Positions 24,099 through 36,610 of a DNA stretch of 64,000 nucleotides are shown here, in pieces. The stretch is from Octopus sinensis (lineage: Eukaryota). Each line of letters opens with the position of its first letter. Positions within the stretch are counted from its first letter, which is position 1. A model generated the notes under the pieces. The model was not told the origin of the DNA. It saw only the letters and a list, made by a program, of their open reading frames with translations, and made no database searches. The stretch is taken from assembly GCF_006345805.1 (NCBI RefSeq), contig NW_021826031.1, positions 558,001 to 622,000 on the forward strand, read 5' to 3'. The translations under genes were made by a program, and so were the position numbers.

Positions 24099-25369
24099 TG
24101 TCGCGAGCGCAGCGCGCGACCGAGCGCTAGACGCGACTTTGACAGCTAACAAGCCTGTCATCAACAAATATATTTATTAAATAAATTATGAAGCATTTAG
24201 ATTTTTTCTCATTATTCTAAAATATCAATTCTGCTTTGCCCAACTGGAAACGCAAATCTCGAGGGCCCTTACACACAAGATGGGGATGACAGCTGTTTGT
24301 CTGGACATTTCAAAGGCGTTCGACAGCGTTTGGTACCTAGGCCTCCTGGAAAGGATCATCAGTATCCATCCGGGGCAAAGGACTGTCAAATGGCTAGAGA
24401 ATTTCTTACACATGCGAAAGTCTTTTATCAGATGTGGTAACCGGACCTCGGATACAATCAATCTAAGGAGGGGAGTGCCTCAAGGGTCGGTCCTGAGCCC
24501 TCTACTTTTCAACTTATACGTTGCCGACATCCCGAAACCAGTAAATCCGGAGAGTCTACTAATCATCTATGCGGACGACATATTGGTTACGGATCTGTCG
24601 CGATCCAAGGACCTCTCTTGGAAAAGGCTGAGGAATATATAGCGAGGGTTGAGTCTTGGGCTACGGAGAAAGCCCTCTCCTTAGCACGAGACAAGTCCAC
24701 CATCACGTGGGTTTCTAAAACTCGGAAAGGAAGAGAACCACTTCTGGAGACAATGGACTAAGAATCTCTGACGACCTACGCTACCTTGGGGTAACGATCG
24801 GGGCTGACGGATCGTTCCTTAAGTTCGTGAAATCTAGAAGAAGGAAATGTTCCGGGATCCTGAGAAGCCTTATACGCTTCCATCTCTCCCCAGACACCTT
24901 TCTCTTCATCTATAAGGCGACTTTAGAACCAGTCCTTATCTATGGACATGAAGGTTGGTACCCTACAGACGAGAGAATCGCACAATCACCAAACTGGAGA
25001 AAACAAGGCGCTTGCGATTAAACTGGCGTATAAGCTACGGCTTGATCAGGATCTCCCCAGAGAGCTAGACGAACAAACTCAAAACATTCGGCAAGTCCTC
25101 TGCTCATTGCAAAGGGCATGAGAAGTGAAAAGGAAAGCAAGGAGGAGGCTTTCGGTGTCTCGATTTTAATAAAACCTTTTCATATAACTCTCCTCTTTCG
25201 GCTGCTAAGTCAATAAAATCTGTTCGTTCGTTCGCCCGTGTATTTGCTTTGGCAGCAGTCTCGTCCTATCACCGACCTTAATTCCCGTGTATTTGTCAAT
25301 TTATAGATTTGTTGATTTATCGGATCTAGAAATTGAGTGGTCGCTTGCTGCGCTTGGTCGCTCGCGACA
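24099..25369. mobile_element. Unclassified non-autonomous TIR element, copy B
   Basis: Same TIR as copy A; 5-bp TSD TATTA (24094-24098, 25370-25374). Removing it plus one TSD restores the host LINE frame. Confidence 0.85.
24239..25244 (+). mobile_element. 5'-truncated LINE RT fragment nested in TIR copy B (related to 5432-6306)
   Basis: AVCLDISKAFD, RGVPQGSVLSPLLF, YADD; (TTCG)n tail; possible TSD TGCTTTG. Ends approximate. Confidence 0.75.
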
Positions 25370-26699
25370 TATTAAAAAACCTTGGTGTCGAAGGAGTCAG
25401 GTTCCTAACATCTATTTTCAACTATTCAATCAGCAACAATGTGATTTCGTCAATATGGAAACGAAGCCTGGAAGACCAAGAGGGGACCCGTCATCTTTCA
25501 GGCCGATTTCCCTGTTATGTTCGATGTCAAAAATCCTGGAAAGACTGGTTCTTGGCAGAATAGAAGATTTCTTACCCGAAAGACATTTTCAACATGGGTT
25601 TAAGGAGGCGAAGTCCACGTCTTCGTACCTTCAATCCTGTCAAACTTCATCTGTACCGGTTTTGCCAGCAAACCGAGGCACCAAAAGACCGTGCTCTGCT
25701 CCGTCGACATCCATAAAGCCTTCGACTCCGTCTTGAGAAAGCTCCTCTCAAGGAAGATATTCCAATCCGATTTTCCTCTGAAGCTAAAAATATGGATTAC
25801 CAACTTTCTAAGTGGACGAAGGGGAAGGGTGTGCCTCGGTGGTCTGAAGTCCAAATCTCGTCTTCTACCCAACGGATCCCCCTTATCCCCGGAAACCTAT
25901 TTTTGGAAGACCTCCCTCCCTCGACAACAATGACATTGTTCTCTCATACGCGGACGACATCGTACTAGCCTCACGGGACCGGGACATCCAGAAGGCCTCT
26001 GAAAGGCTTCAAGCTAACTTGGATCGGCTGAACCTATGGCTGACGGACAAGCGGCTCGTGGTAAACGCGGCAAAGTCCGCCACGTCCCTCTTCACTTCGG
26101 ACAAAAGATTGGGAAGGACTTCAGTCGACTTAAAGCTGAATAATATGTCCGTACGCTTCTACAGGAGTCAGACGGTCCTAGGGATACCCTAGACATGCAC
26201 CTCTGTTTCTCCCCACATGCAGACACCTCCTTCGCAATTGCGAAAAAAAAGTTGAACATCCTACGAACTCTATCCGGAATATGGAAAAACGGGTCGCACC
26301 CGGTACTGGCGAATACTACCGCCAGTACTTCGAACCTTGTATTGCCTACGCCTGCAGATCATGGGGTCCGCGGTTATCGTGGTCCAACAGGAGGCGAATC
26401 GAGGAGGCCCAACAAAGGGCCCTCAGATTAACCGATCGTTGGTCGCATGATAGCCAACGCCCGGTCCAGCTTCTCTAGAAGACCTCATCAAGATGAACCT
26501 GGGCCCGTCAGCGAATGCTCCGCCAAAAACGGTCTGCCGCCCGGTGCGATTTTGTGTGGGCTCGTGGAAAGATCACCGAGCGAAGATGAGGTCCCTGGTT
26601 GAGTGCATCGAGATCACGTGACGTTTGTTCGGTTTTTAGCGTGGTCTTGGTGATTTAATAAATAAATAAAACTCTATGATTGGGTGACTACGAAATAAC

Positions 26700-26990
26700 T
26701 AGAAACGAGTTTTTATTCAAAGGAGGAAGAAGAACTTGCTTTTATATCAAGTGACAGAACATTAAAAATGAAATATTTAAAGCGTAATATTGATTCGTCC
26801 TGGCTGATTATAAAAAAGAATATCCTATTATAACAAACCACGCTTTAAGAGTTTTAGTTCACTTTCTAACGACTTATCTCTATGAAAGTGGAAATATAGA
26901 GCATAAGAATGCGCTAACTTACTATACGTAGAACGAGACGTGCGTTTATCCTTTTAAAAGCTAGGCCGAATATTACAGACCTATGCAAGA
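26700..26990 (+). mobile_element. hAT dimerisation-domain remnant
   Basis: WLIIKKEYPIITNHALRVLVHFLTTYLYESG matches the hAT C-terminal W...EYP...A...F.TTY.CESG pattern. Confidence 0.5.
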
Positions 26991-27053
26991 GACATCAGCC
27001 TAACCATCTCACTAATTTTTGTATTAATAAACACTGATAATTATTAAAAACTA

Positions 27054-29123
27054 TTTATTTATTTATTTATTTACCCCCGGCCCCTTCAATTGAAGGAAGC
27101 CGGTGGCTAACAAGAACGTTAGGGCCAATGTCGGACGCTCCCAAAGATCCCCGATCGTGATCCGGTGTTCCGAGGAAGTAGAAGGCGGGCCTGGACAGGA
27201 GAAAAGGTCGTTGAGGGAATAGGAAGGGGTTATTTCACCAAGACCGATTTTTATGCGATAATCGTGTAGGCCAGTATGGTGGCCACAGCGGAGACGAGCC
27301 AAGTTCACTCGGGCTTCTCTTGAGAGGGAGGATTCGATCTTATTATTGGCGGCGGAAGGCGTCCCAGAAGCTTGTTTATTCCAAGACATCTGATTGCCCT
27401 CGTAGCCACCAGGTCGTGAATCCCCTTCTGGTTAATGTCCGGAGGGGATCGTATAAGCTTGCGGACTTTGTCCGCGAGGGTCGGAACTATTCTCCTGTTG
27501 TTAGTGGAGTGCCAGAGGAAGTAGCCAGGGTGATTTAGGGTTCGGCATTTGTCAAGAATTGCAGCCCGAGCATTTCAAAATGGTCACTGATTGGAAGGAT
27601 TTTCGATTCCCAATGTAGGTGGTCGGTAGGTGTCGTTTTTAGACAGCCGGTAATAATTCGTAATGCTGAGTTTTGAGTTCTCTGAAGTTTTTCAAGGTTT
27701 GTATTAGATAAGCAGGAACCCCAAGCAGGGATGGCGTAGTTCATAGTTGTTCTAATAAACTGCTTGTATACAGTTGTTAGACTTTCCTTATCCTGCCCAA
27801 ATGAAGTCCCCGCAATAGCTCGGAGCACATTGAGTTTTTTCTGGGATTTTCCACAGATATATGAAACATGTTTCGAGAAGGACAAACAGCAATCAAATAT
27901 CAGACCCAAGATTTTGGGGGATTTTTCAACTGGGAGTGGAGTGTTGTCTAGGAATAGTTTAGGCTCTAAGTTGAACTGACGGCGGTCAGTTGTGAATAGC
28001 GTAACAGATGATTTGGAAGGAGAAGGTTGAAGAAGATTGCATTTCAGCCAGGACGAAAGAGTGTTCATGTGTTCCTGCAGAAATCCAGAAGCGGTGATTA
28101 TGTTTTGGTGGCGGGAGGCAAAAATTAAGTCATCAGCGTAGGAGAGAAGTAGAGTATTATTGTTCGTCGGGATATTTGACAGATGTAAGTTAAATAAGGC
28201 AGGTGAAAGGACCGAGCCTTGGGGAACTCCGTTAGGCAAGTATTTGTAGCGTGAGTAAGAAGACATGATTGTGGTGCGACCAAGACGCCCAGAGAGAAAA
28301 GAGAGTAGCCATGACTTTATTTGGTGGGGGAATTCCGTATCGGTTATTTTCCTACACAGAACGTGTCTTGACGTTCTGTCAAATGCCTTTTCAATGTCGA
28401 TGGATGCAATAATTGTTCTTTGAGGTGGCTTATGATTGTTAAACCATCCGCAATGAATTGTGTCAGTTTTGAAAGATGGGTGGAAGTGGAATGCAAAGAC
28501 GAAAGCCATGTTGAGATTCAGCAAGTGGGAGGAAAGGTTTTATGATGCTCAATACAACTCGCTCTGTTATTTTTGAAACCACTGAGATCAAAGAGATAGG
28601 TCGAAAAGAGGAGGGGTCAGAGGTATCACGATTTGGCTTTGGGATAGGGATGATGGTAGATTTCTTCCAAAGCATAGGAACCAGACCATGGTTGATCGAG
28701 TATTCGATTAAATTGGTCAGAGCCAGAAAGCCATTAGGACCCAGATTTTTTAGGTGGTGGATGGCAAGGCCATCAGGACCTCTGGCGTTAGAATTCCGCG
28801 AGTTAACAACAAGTTGCCTGGTAAATGATTCTGGGATGTTAATATAGTCAGTAGAATTGTCATTTGACTTATAATGTGATTTTCTTACGAAACGGAGATC
28901 CTTTGGGGTAGGAAGGTGACTGATTTTTGCATAATGGCGAATTAAGATGTTGGCTTGATCCTGGAAAGATAGGACAGATTTTTTGGTCGAGATACCGGTG
29001 GCATGTGAGAGGGGACATGTTTGCCTCGTGTGAATTTTCTTGAGGGTTCTCCAGAAAGCACGGGATCCAGTATTTGGGGTTATTGAAGTGATAAAATCAT
29101 TCCATTCGTCAGTTTTTTCAGTT
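27054..29123 (-). mobile_element. 5'-truncated Ingi/Vingi-like LINE, near-identical to 44.7-46.76 kb
   Basis: RT ORF 27535-28524 (KAFD, GVPQGSVLSPALF, YADD), SREARVNLARLRCGHH, (TAAA)n tail, 13-bp TSD TTATTAAAAACTA (27041-27053, 29124-29136). Confidence 0.9.
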
Positions 29124-29270
29124 TTATTAAAAACTATATATGGGTTCAGTAAGCCAAATAGGGTGCCACGTTCTCTAAAAGGTTGGGAACTACTGATATA
29201 GAAGAAAGAGTTTCTGATTTAGAAGTCTTTATTAATAAAAATATCCAATATCCGAATATTATTAGTAAAT

Positions 29271-32200
29271 CTAATATTTCTTATTTGCGGATCGACTAAT
29301 ACGTAGACTACATATGCTACTTTATTGTTTTTAGTCGGTTTATTTCCTTGGATAGGTTTTGATTTTCCTCCTCAAGTTCGTCTTTTTCCGACTGAATCTT
29401 CCTTAGCTTATTCTTAAAACTATCCACAGTATCTTCGAGTTCTTCGCAGTTTTTTTTAAGGGTTTTGTTCCGTGATATGAATGTGTCATTCTAGACTTTA
29501 TCTGTGCCAGAAAACCTCGGACTTTGACCTGTTCAGATCTTCTTGCATTGTGTCTGCCAAAATAACGGACTCCTTTAACTTCTTGTTCGTTAATTTAAGT
29601 TTTTTCTCCGCTTCCCGTCGTTGCCTTGGAATAAGGAAGCTATTCAGTTTACCTTATTTCCTGTTCAAGTTCAGTCTCCATTGATGCCATTTTTCGCATT
29701 TTAGACTCCAAAGAATCTTTGTAACCCTTGACTTTTGTCAGTTCTTCTTGAATGGACATGAGTTGTTCAGTCAATTCTTTATTTTTCTTTTCGTTATCCG
29801 AATTTTGTGTCTTGTATTTTTCACAATTTGCTTTCTCCGCGGAGATTTGGTTACTGTACTGGTCTTTCTAGAAACAGTAATTGGGAAGTGGATATACAAG
29901 AATATTTGATTTACGCAATTCGTCTTCTAATTCTTCGTGATTAACTTTTTCTTCGTCCAATTCTTCTGCTAGGTTGTGATTGATTCTTTTCAGTTGAGAG
30001 ATCTCAGATTGGGTTTGGGATAATTTTCCTTGTAGGGTTTCAAGTTCTTGATTTATTTCGTCTTTTTCAGAGGACATGTTTTTCTCACTTTGCTCCAAAT
30101 TAGTGACCCGCGAGGTCATTTCTGCAACTGATTGTAACGCAGAGTTCAGTTTTGATTGAAGTTGACTGCATGATTCATTCAAAGAACTTTCGTTACTCTT
30201 GGCATTTTCCAAATCTTTTTGCATTTCTTTGCACAAATTCTAATCGTTAAATTCAAAAAGAGAACATTCTGCTTTTTGTTTTGTTTGGTCAAATTTTCAA
30301 CAGTTGATTTTAATTCGTCCATTCTGCTTACAAATTCTTGCGATTCAATCTCCAATTTCTTTTTAGAGGCTAAAGCGGAAGCTTTGGCTCGACTCTCAGA
30401 CTGGAGCTCCTGCTGCGTTTCTTCCATCTGTGAAACACATTATCTATATGAACACCTTCTTGTTGATAGATCGTAGTTTATTTTCCATTTCCTCGGACAT
30501 TTCGTTAATTTTTCTAGAATAGTCGGTTCTTTCTGCCTGAAATGCCACCTCCTTCCGATTCAGTTCATTTTGAGTAGTAAATAATTCGTCCTGAAGTTCT
30601 TCATGATGAGAAGATATTTCCTCGTTTTTCTTCTTCAAGTCCCGTAGTTGTGCTTTCATGTTCACGTTCTAAACATAAATAGTCAAGGAAGACATCTGCC
30701 GCCTCCCCCGAGACAGTCGATTTCACATCCGCTAATTCCTTTGAAGTAGCGATCTGCCTTTTTGTCATCTCTTCAAGTTCGTTGTTCTTTTCGTCGCATG
30801 CTCGCGTCAACGAGAGACATTTGCTTTCAAGGTTTCTTAAATTTTGTTCAAATGTATCCCGCTCTTTTGTGAGGCTTGAAAATTGTACAATTTGAAACAA
30901 ACTTTGTGTTTAGTGTCTTCACTTCGGACATGGCGGAGTCATATTTTTTTTGTTTTTTTGTAAGATTCGACATTTCGAGTTCAAGGGCTTCAATTTGGGA
31001 ATTTGAGTCCGCCAACTTTCAAACTAATCACAAAAATAAACCTCATTTTGATACACCGTGCTTGCTTTTTCGATTTTGTGCTTGGCAGCCGAAATAATAT
31101 CAAGTTCAGTCCTAACTGATTCTATTTCTTTTTGAAGTTTTTTTGTAATTTCTTCTATCCGCTCTTTTTCTTCGGTCAAAACAGAAACGTTACTGACGGC
31201 ATCGTTGTACTGAAATGTGTTTGGAGGAATACTTTCGATTGAAGTGACATTATCTGTTTCCCTTTGGCCTCAGAATTCAATGCCTCTTCTTCGATGTGTT
31301 CGTTCAGTTCGTCGATAATGGCCTCCATTTTGTTCACTTGACTGTTCGCTTTGGACAGTGAATTCTTCTCGTCCTCGAGTTTGGACTTGATTTCTTCCAA
31401 TTGGGAAGATGACTGTTTTAATTGTCGTTCAAGTTCGGTGTTTTTCTTTTCTGCGTCGTCTAACGCTTCGCTTATCCTTGATATTTCGGACTAAAAATAG
31501 TTCCCACTCATAATACCGCGTCCTTGGATTTCTGTTTAGACATGTCCGACTTGATTTTTTCTAGATCGGTTGCTTTTTGACCCAGTTCCATGATTTGCTG
31601 TTCAAGTTGTTTCCGTTTTTTATCAGCGTCTTGCTTGTTTTTGTTTAAACTGTCAACTTCTGCGGCCAATTCTTCTTTTTCAGTTTCAGTCACTTTAAGT
31701 TTTTTCATAAAATTGTTTTCACTCTAAACATAGTAGAATTTCTCGACCTTCTGAACTGATTCAACTTGATCGGTAAGACGACTGATTTCATCCACGGCCT
31801 TTTCTTAGCGATTCGCATGGCATCTTCATTTTCCGCACTGAGCTCTTCCATTTGTTTTTGGAGTAAATTTATTTTGGTATCTTTTTCTTTCATCAAGTTC
31901 CTCTCGGCTTGACTCAAATCCGCAGCCTCCTCTTCTTGAAGTCTCATTCCTTCCAATTCCTTGAAATCATTTATATTTCAAACGTTCATGAGAAAGTGTT
32001 TGGACTTTTCAAGGTTTTTTCGGGTTTCTATTTCCCCTTCAAGCTCCTCCTTTAACTCCTCCAGAGTAAATTTCAACTCACGGTTTTCCTTCATTGACTT
32101 TTCCTTTAGCATACTTTCTTCGTCCGCCCTATTAAATCATAAAAAACTATAGACTTTGCTGTTAAAAAGCTCAGTTGCTCATTGTTGGCCAAAATTTTCT

Positions 32201-35200
32201 GGTTCATGTATTGAATTGTCGTTTTTTGTTCCTCGACTTGTTCTTTCAACTCTCTCACGTCTGAGGCACCCTTCCGTTCGGCTTTTTGAGAATTCACTTT
32301 GTCCTGTGGAATATTAAAAGACTTTACAGTTATTTCACTCTGCAGCTGTGCTTGCAATTCGGAGACACTCGCTTCCAGTTTTTTGTTTATTTTTTGCATG
32401 TTTTTCTTTTGATCTTCTTCAGCGTGTAACAGTTCCTCCATTTTGATCAAATTAGATTCGGCAGTCTTATTTTCTTTTTTAAGCTTAGCATAATCTAATA
32501 TTATGCACATTTTCAATCAAATGAGTTTTATTGGACAAATCGTCCGTTCGCTCCTGCAGTTTTTGTTCCAAATTGCCTTTTTCGTGCATTACCCGTCCAT
32601 ACTTATCTTCCTGCTCCCTCAACCTATCAATTACAGCATCCTATTCAATTACGTTTTCTCTGTTTCTGCGACTATTTCCTCCAATTCCTGCCTTTCTTTT
32701 ATCACTTTTTTGGAATTTTGTTCAATTTCTTGCATTTCTTCGTTCATTTCTTCAATCAAACTGTTATATTCATTTTTCTTTTTGCTCAGATCGGCAAGTT
32801 CCTACTTTCAAGAGAAATCCTCACCTGCTCAAGTTCTTCATTTCTGTTAACTTCTTCTACAAGATTTGTAGACGCCTTTGAATTTTCTTGCTCTAATTTC
32901 GAAATTTGATCTATCAAGTTTTGTATTTGCGCGGTCAATTTTTTGACTTGTTCTTTGAGAGAGTTCATTTCATTCTCGACAGCTTTCTTCTCGTCGTCTT
33001 CTCTCTTGAAGTCGACGAGTGGGAGTAGCTATCGATATTATTCTCGAAGTAAACTTTAGTATACATCTTAAACCATCCCCACTCCCTTAGTCGATTATAC
33101 CCTCGAAAGTTCTTTTGGATGACAACAACGCTGGAAAGTATATTCTGCAGTTTTAGGTAATGTCTATAATTATCTTAAGTCAAATTTGCACTTTTTGGCC
33201 AAAAACATTCGACATTTTGTGCACATGTCGATCATGATTGCATTGAGCTTAATATCTCTCTCTTCCTCCAAATTGGCCAATACTCCAGCTCGAAAAAATA
33301 TTTTAGTTGTCCCAAGTCGGTAGAGGGTTGAGTCTAACTCAAGTTCCGCCAACTACCACAATTTCCTTAATTAAAGTACCATGTTCTCAGTGGCCTTTCG
33401 ACTATCCATAAAATTATCCATTTCTTTTTTAAAGACTAGAATTGAATATCGTTGAAAAAAATCCTGGTAAATAATTCTGTTCGGGAATCCCTGACGACAA
33501 ATTCGAATTCCCTCGAGCACTCCGTTGCAACGAAGTTGATCCAAAATAAGAGAATGGTCAATCATCGCAGGCTGAAATAAAAACGATAAATTTACCTTTT
33601 TCTGTAAGTTGGGTATTATACAGCGGACAAAATGGACTTTGGTATTGGTGAGAGTTTCAATCAACTTTGTCAATTGTCCTCTGTAAAGTTGAGAGACCGT
33701 CCGCAACATTCCACGTTTTTTACGCGAACTTTCTTCAGTGCCTATCGCAGAACGGCCTAAATGAAAAATAAAAATGCTCAGAAAACCTTCTTTCCATATC
33801 TCCGAGACAAGAGGGTTCGAAGAGGATTCAAGTATAGTCACAATGTTGTCGTTAAGTGGATCCGTGTTCTTAATTAGCCAATCTACGCAGAAATAGTCCA
33901 CCTATAGTAGTTAATAAAGCTTAAACTCTGCCGGCATAGTGTTGGATACCAAAATCAGCAAATTTTTTTAGTTTTTCAGGAACAATGAATTTGTTCTTCT
34001 CTTTATTTTGCGAAATAAGTTTTTCAACGAATGATTTGTGTGTAGCTTTTGGAAACAAACATTCCTCGTCAAGCACCGATAAGATACCAAGAGGCTTAAA
34101 AATGCAAAAAAATCAAGACTTTCTCGATAAGTTCAATGGTGGGTTGCAGATCAAGTCCAAAGTCGATAAAATCCCAGCTAATATTTTCCTTTTTGTATTC
34201 CTCTTGTTCCATAATAAACATTGTATGATTGAACAACTGCTGTAATTTCTCATTGGTGAAATTTATGCACAACTGTTCGAATCCGTTGACCTAAAGGAAA
34301 TGACTCCAAAAATGAACCGCAAAGACTTCGAATCCTGCAATATCCAAAATTCCAATGAAGTTTTCGTGAACCAATTTATTTTTGTTAAGCTGTTTATTGA
34401 TCTTCACTACAATGTAATTAAACAGTTTCTCATAGGTTGCTTTCACAATTGACTCCACTGAAAAGACTGCCTGAGAACAATTTCGGAATTTACAATACCT
34501 GGTCCTTTGTCTGTGCCTTTTGTACAGTTTCAATCCCGACTTTGAACTTTGGCTTCAAAATAGCTTGAGTAAAAGCTCCAATTTGAATTCCTAATAAATG
34601 GCACATTTTTTGAGCATCTGTGAATGTAAATATAATTTGGAACATGAATTGTCCGGTAACGTCGCTTGGTCGCCGTTCCGTTCTTTTCCAAACTCTATTT
34701 TTCCAAAGGTCAAAATCCCAAAAAGAATTTTGTAAATATCTGCAATGTTAACAAAACTACCAACTATTCGTGACGTCTGACGAGATTCCAAGAACATTAA
34801 AAGCTTCTTGAGTTTCTTGAAAAAGTTTGGAGTCATCAATTCCTGGGACCTGGATATTTTTGTACGTCAAATATGGATAATTGCTCAGATCCTCGCACAT
34901 AAATTCAGCTGAAACATGTTTCATGATTAATAAAACTCTTTAATTCTTGAGAAAAACCATTTGAGAGAATTTGATAGAAAATATGAAAACACCGTTCGTT
35001 CTCTGATTGCCTAACGACTCTACTTTTCTCCAACAAGTCTAAAATTTTCAAAATTCAAATTACATGTGTCAATGTTAACAGACGATATTAGCCCAGAAGA
35101 ATTAAAGTTTATTTTAATGAATTTTCCCTTTAATAATTAGAAAAAAGTACAAATCTTGAAGAATTGTCATTTTTTATAGTTTTTGCGTTCCCAAAGGCCT

Positions 35201-35973
35201 CTAAGATTGGATTTGTTTGCAAAAGCCGCTCGTTCAAGTCTTCCTATTTGAGGATCAAAATAAAAAACTAACCCCAGCCACGTCGTGAGATTTTTCCGTT
35301 TTTGCAGCGACCTGAGCTAAAAATTGGATGATTTTTTTGGTATTTTCAGTTTTTCCCGCTCCAGACTCTCCCCTAATTTGATTACCGGGTAATCAGTACG
35401 TGCAAAGAATCGACTGATTGTCCCGATCTACGTGTTTTGTGCAACAAAGCTACCCTGGATCATATTTCTGTAAGCCTCAGACGCGATGGCGTACACGTGT
35501 GGAGGGAGCTCGGTCTTGCGTTTCGTGCTGTAGTGGTTGATGATTTGCGGTGTGTATATTGGCATCTTCCGGTAGGGGTTAATAACAACGCAGAACAGTC
35601 CAGAATAAGTCTGCTCATTAAAAATGGAAAATAGGCCATTTACATAAATTAGGCCAGCATTGTAGCGAAGACGGATATTGTGCAATACAGAGGCTTCATT
35701 TAGACACGTGAGCTCGGCCATGTCTTCAACTTTGTCAAATTTTGGTGGATTCATTTTGTGGACATCCATTTTTGTAACGTTTTTTATTTGACCATTTTCT
35801 AGCTTGACTTCAATAATTTCCCCGTCGATGTTCGTGATGCTTCCTGCAACAAAGCCTTTTTCTGGATCTGATATCCATGCCATTTTCTTTGATGACCATT
35901 CTTTTAGTGCAGATTCGTCAGAGAGTTCATTCTCTTTTCTGCAGAGATCTTTTAGCACATCTTGTGAGGTCAT
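29271..35973 (-). CDS. Conventional myosin II heavy chain, non-muscle/smooth type (MYH9/10, zipper-like), about 35 introns of 23-33 nt
   Basis: [26 protein letters not shown]|[27 protein letters not shown]|[36 protein letters not shown] region, heptad tail. I traced GT-AG introns (e.g. 35611-35643, 35428-35453, 35373-35399, 35128-35150, 35039-35063). One -1 frameshift near 31800. Confidence 0.97.
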
Positions 35974-36179
35974 AATGAAGTTATTTCTTAATTTAAATTA
36001 TTTATAAGAATTAATTCTATTTTAATTAATTGGCCTAGCCAATAAAAAATACTCCAAATTAAAATCTATTATTATTTATTAAATAAATTTTTTTGATGAG
36101 TTGAAAGATTTTTGAGAAAATAATGTTTTATTTAGATTATCAGAACAAAAAAACTATTTAATTGTCAGGAGGGCTTTAG

Positions 36180-36610
36180 AGTCGGCTGATTTCCCTTTCA
36201 TTTTAGAGCCAGTCGGCCTTTTTTGGAGCGACGGCAAGCATCCCGACATTCCTTTTTAGGGAAAGTAAGTACCTGGTTTGGGATGCCATTTGCGTCGAGT
36301 TTTCTTCGGCGACGATGCTACCAAAGACTTGCACCAATCCGGGATCTGTTAGTGCTCAGGCCGAAGAGTTAAAAAGGACGAAATACCTGTGTATTCGGGT
36401 CTCTTTTGAGTTTGTTCCTCTTGCCTTCGAAACCTCGTAAATCGTTGGCAAGGTCGCAACTCAACTCCTCACTGACTATGGTATGAGAATCTCTTCAAAA
36501 ACAAACGACCGGAGGGAAAAGAGCTGGCTTTTTCAATGAATCACGGTAGCTGTATTTCGTGGAAACTGTCATTCAATATGCAGCGCGGTGTCGTTGACCT
36601 AGCCTCTTGA
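36180..36610 (+). mobile_element. CRE-like 3' fragment, degraded
   Basis: LVWDAICV, NPGSVSAQAEELKRTKY, FVPLAFET, REKSWLFQ; related to 38108-38455. Confidence 0.7.

Larger units (their letters stand above)
22730..26670 (+). mobile_element. Degraded Ingi/Vingi-like LINE split by the TIR element at 24099-25369
   Basis: APE ORF 22720-23703 (GGGLLTLI, NMYIPP, GDLNAKH, PDVT, SDHNPI). RT GPDKIPVIL|LKNLG is joined across the insertion, then RPISLL, KAFD, YADD; (TAAA)n tail near 26660. Confidence 0.8.

Noticed and set aside
31795-31806. Programmed ribosomal frameshift in myosin
   Set aside because: Homopolymer deletion errors are evident elsewhere in the window, and no stimulatory structure is visible.
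32503-32909. Plus-strand ORFs opposite the myosin tail
   Set aside because: Antisense shadows of Glu/Lys-rich coiled-coil codons.
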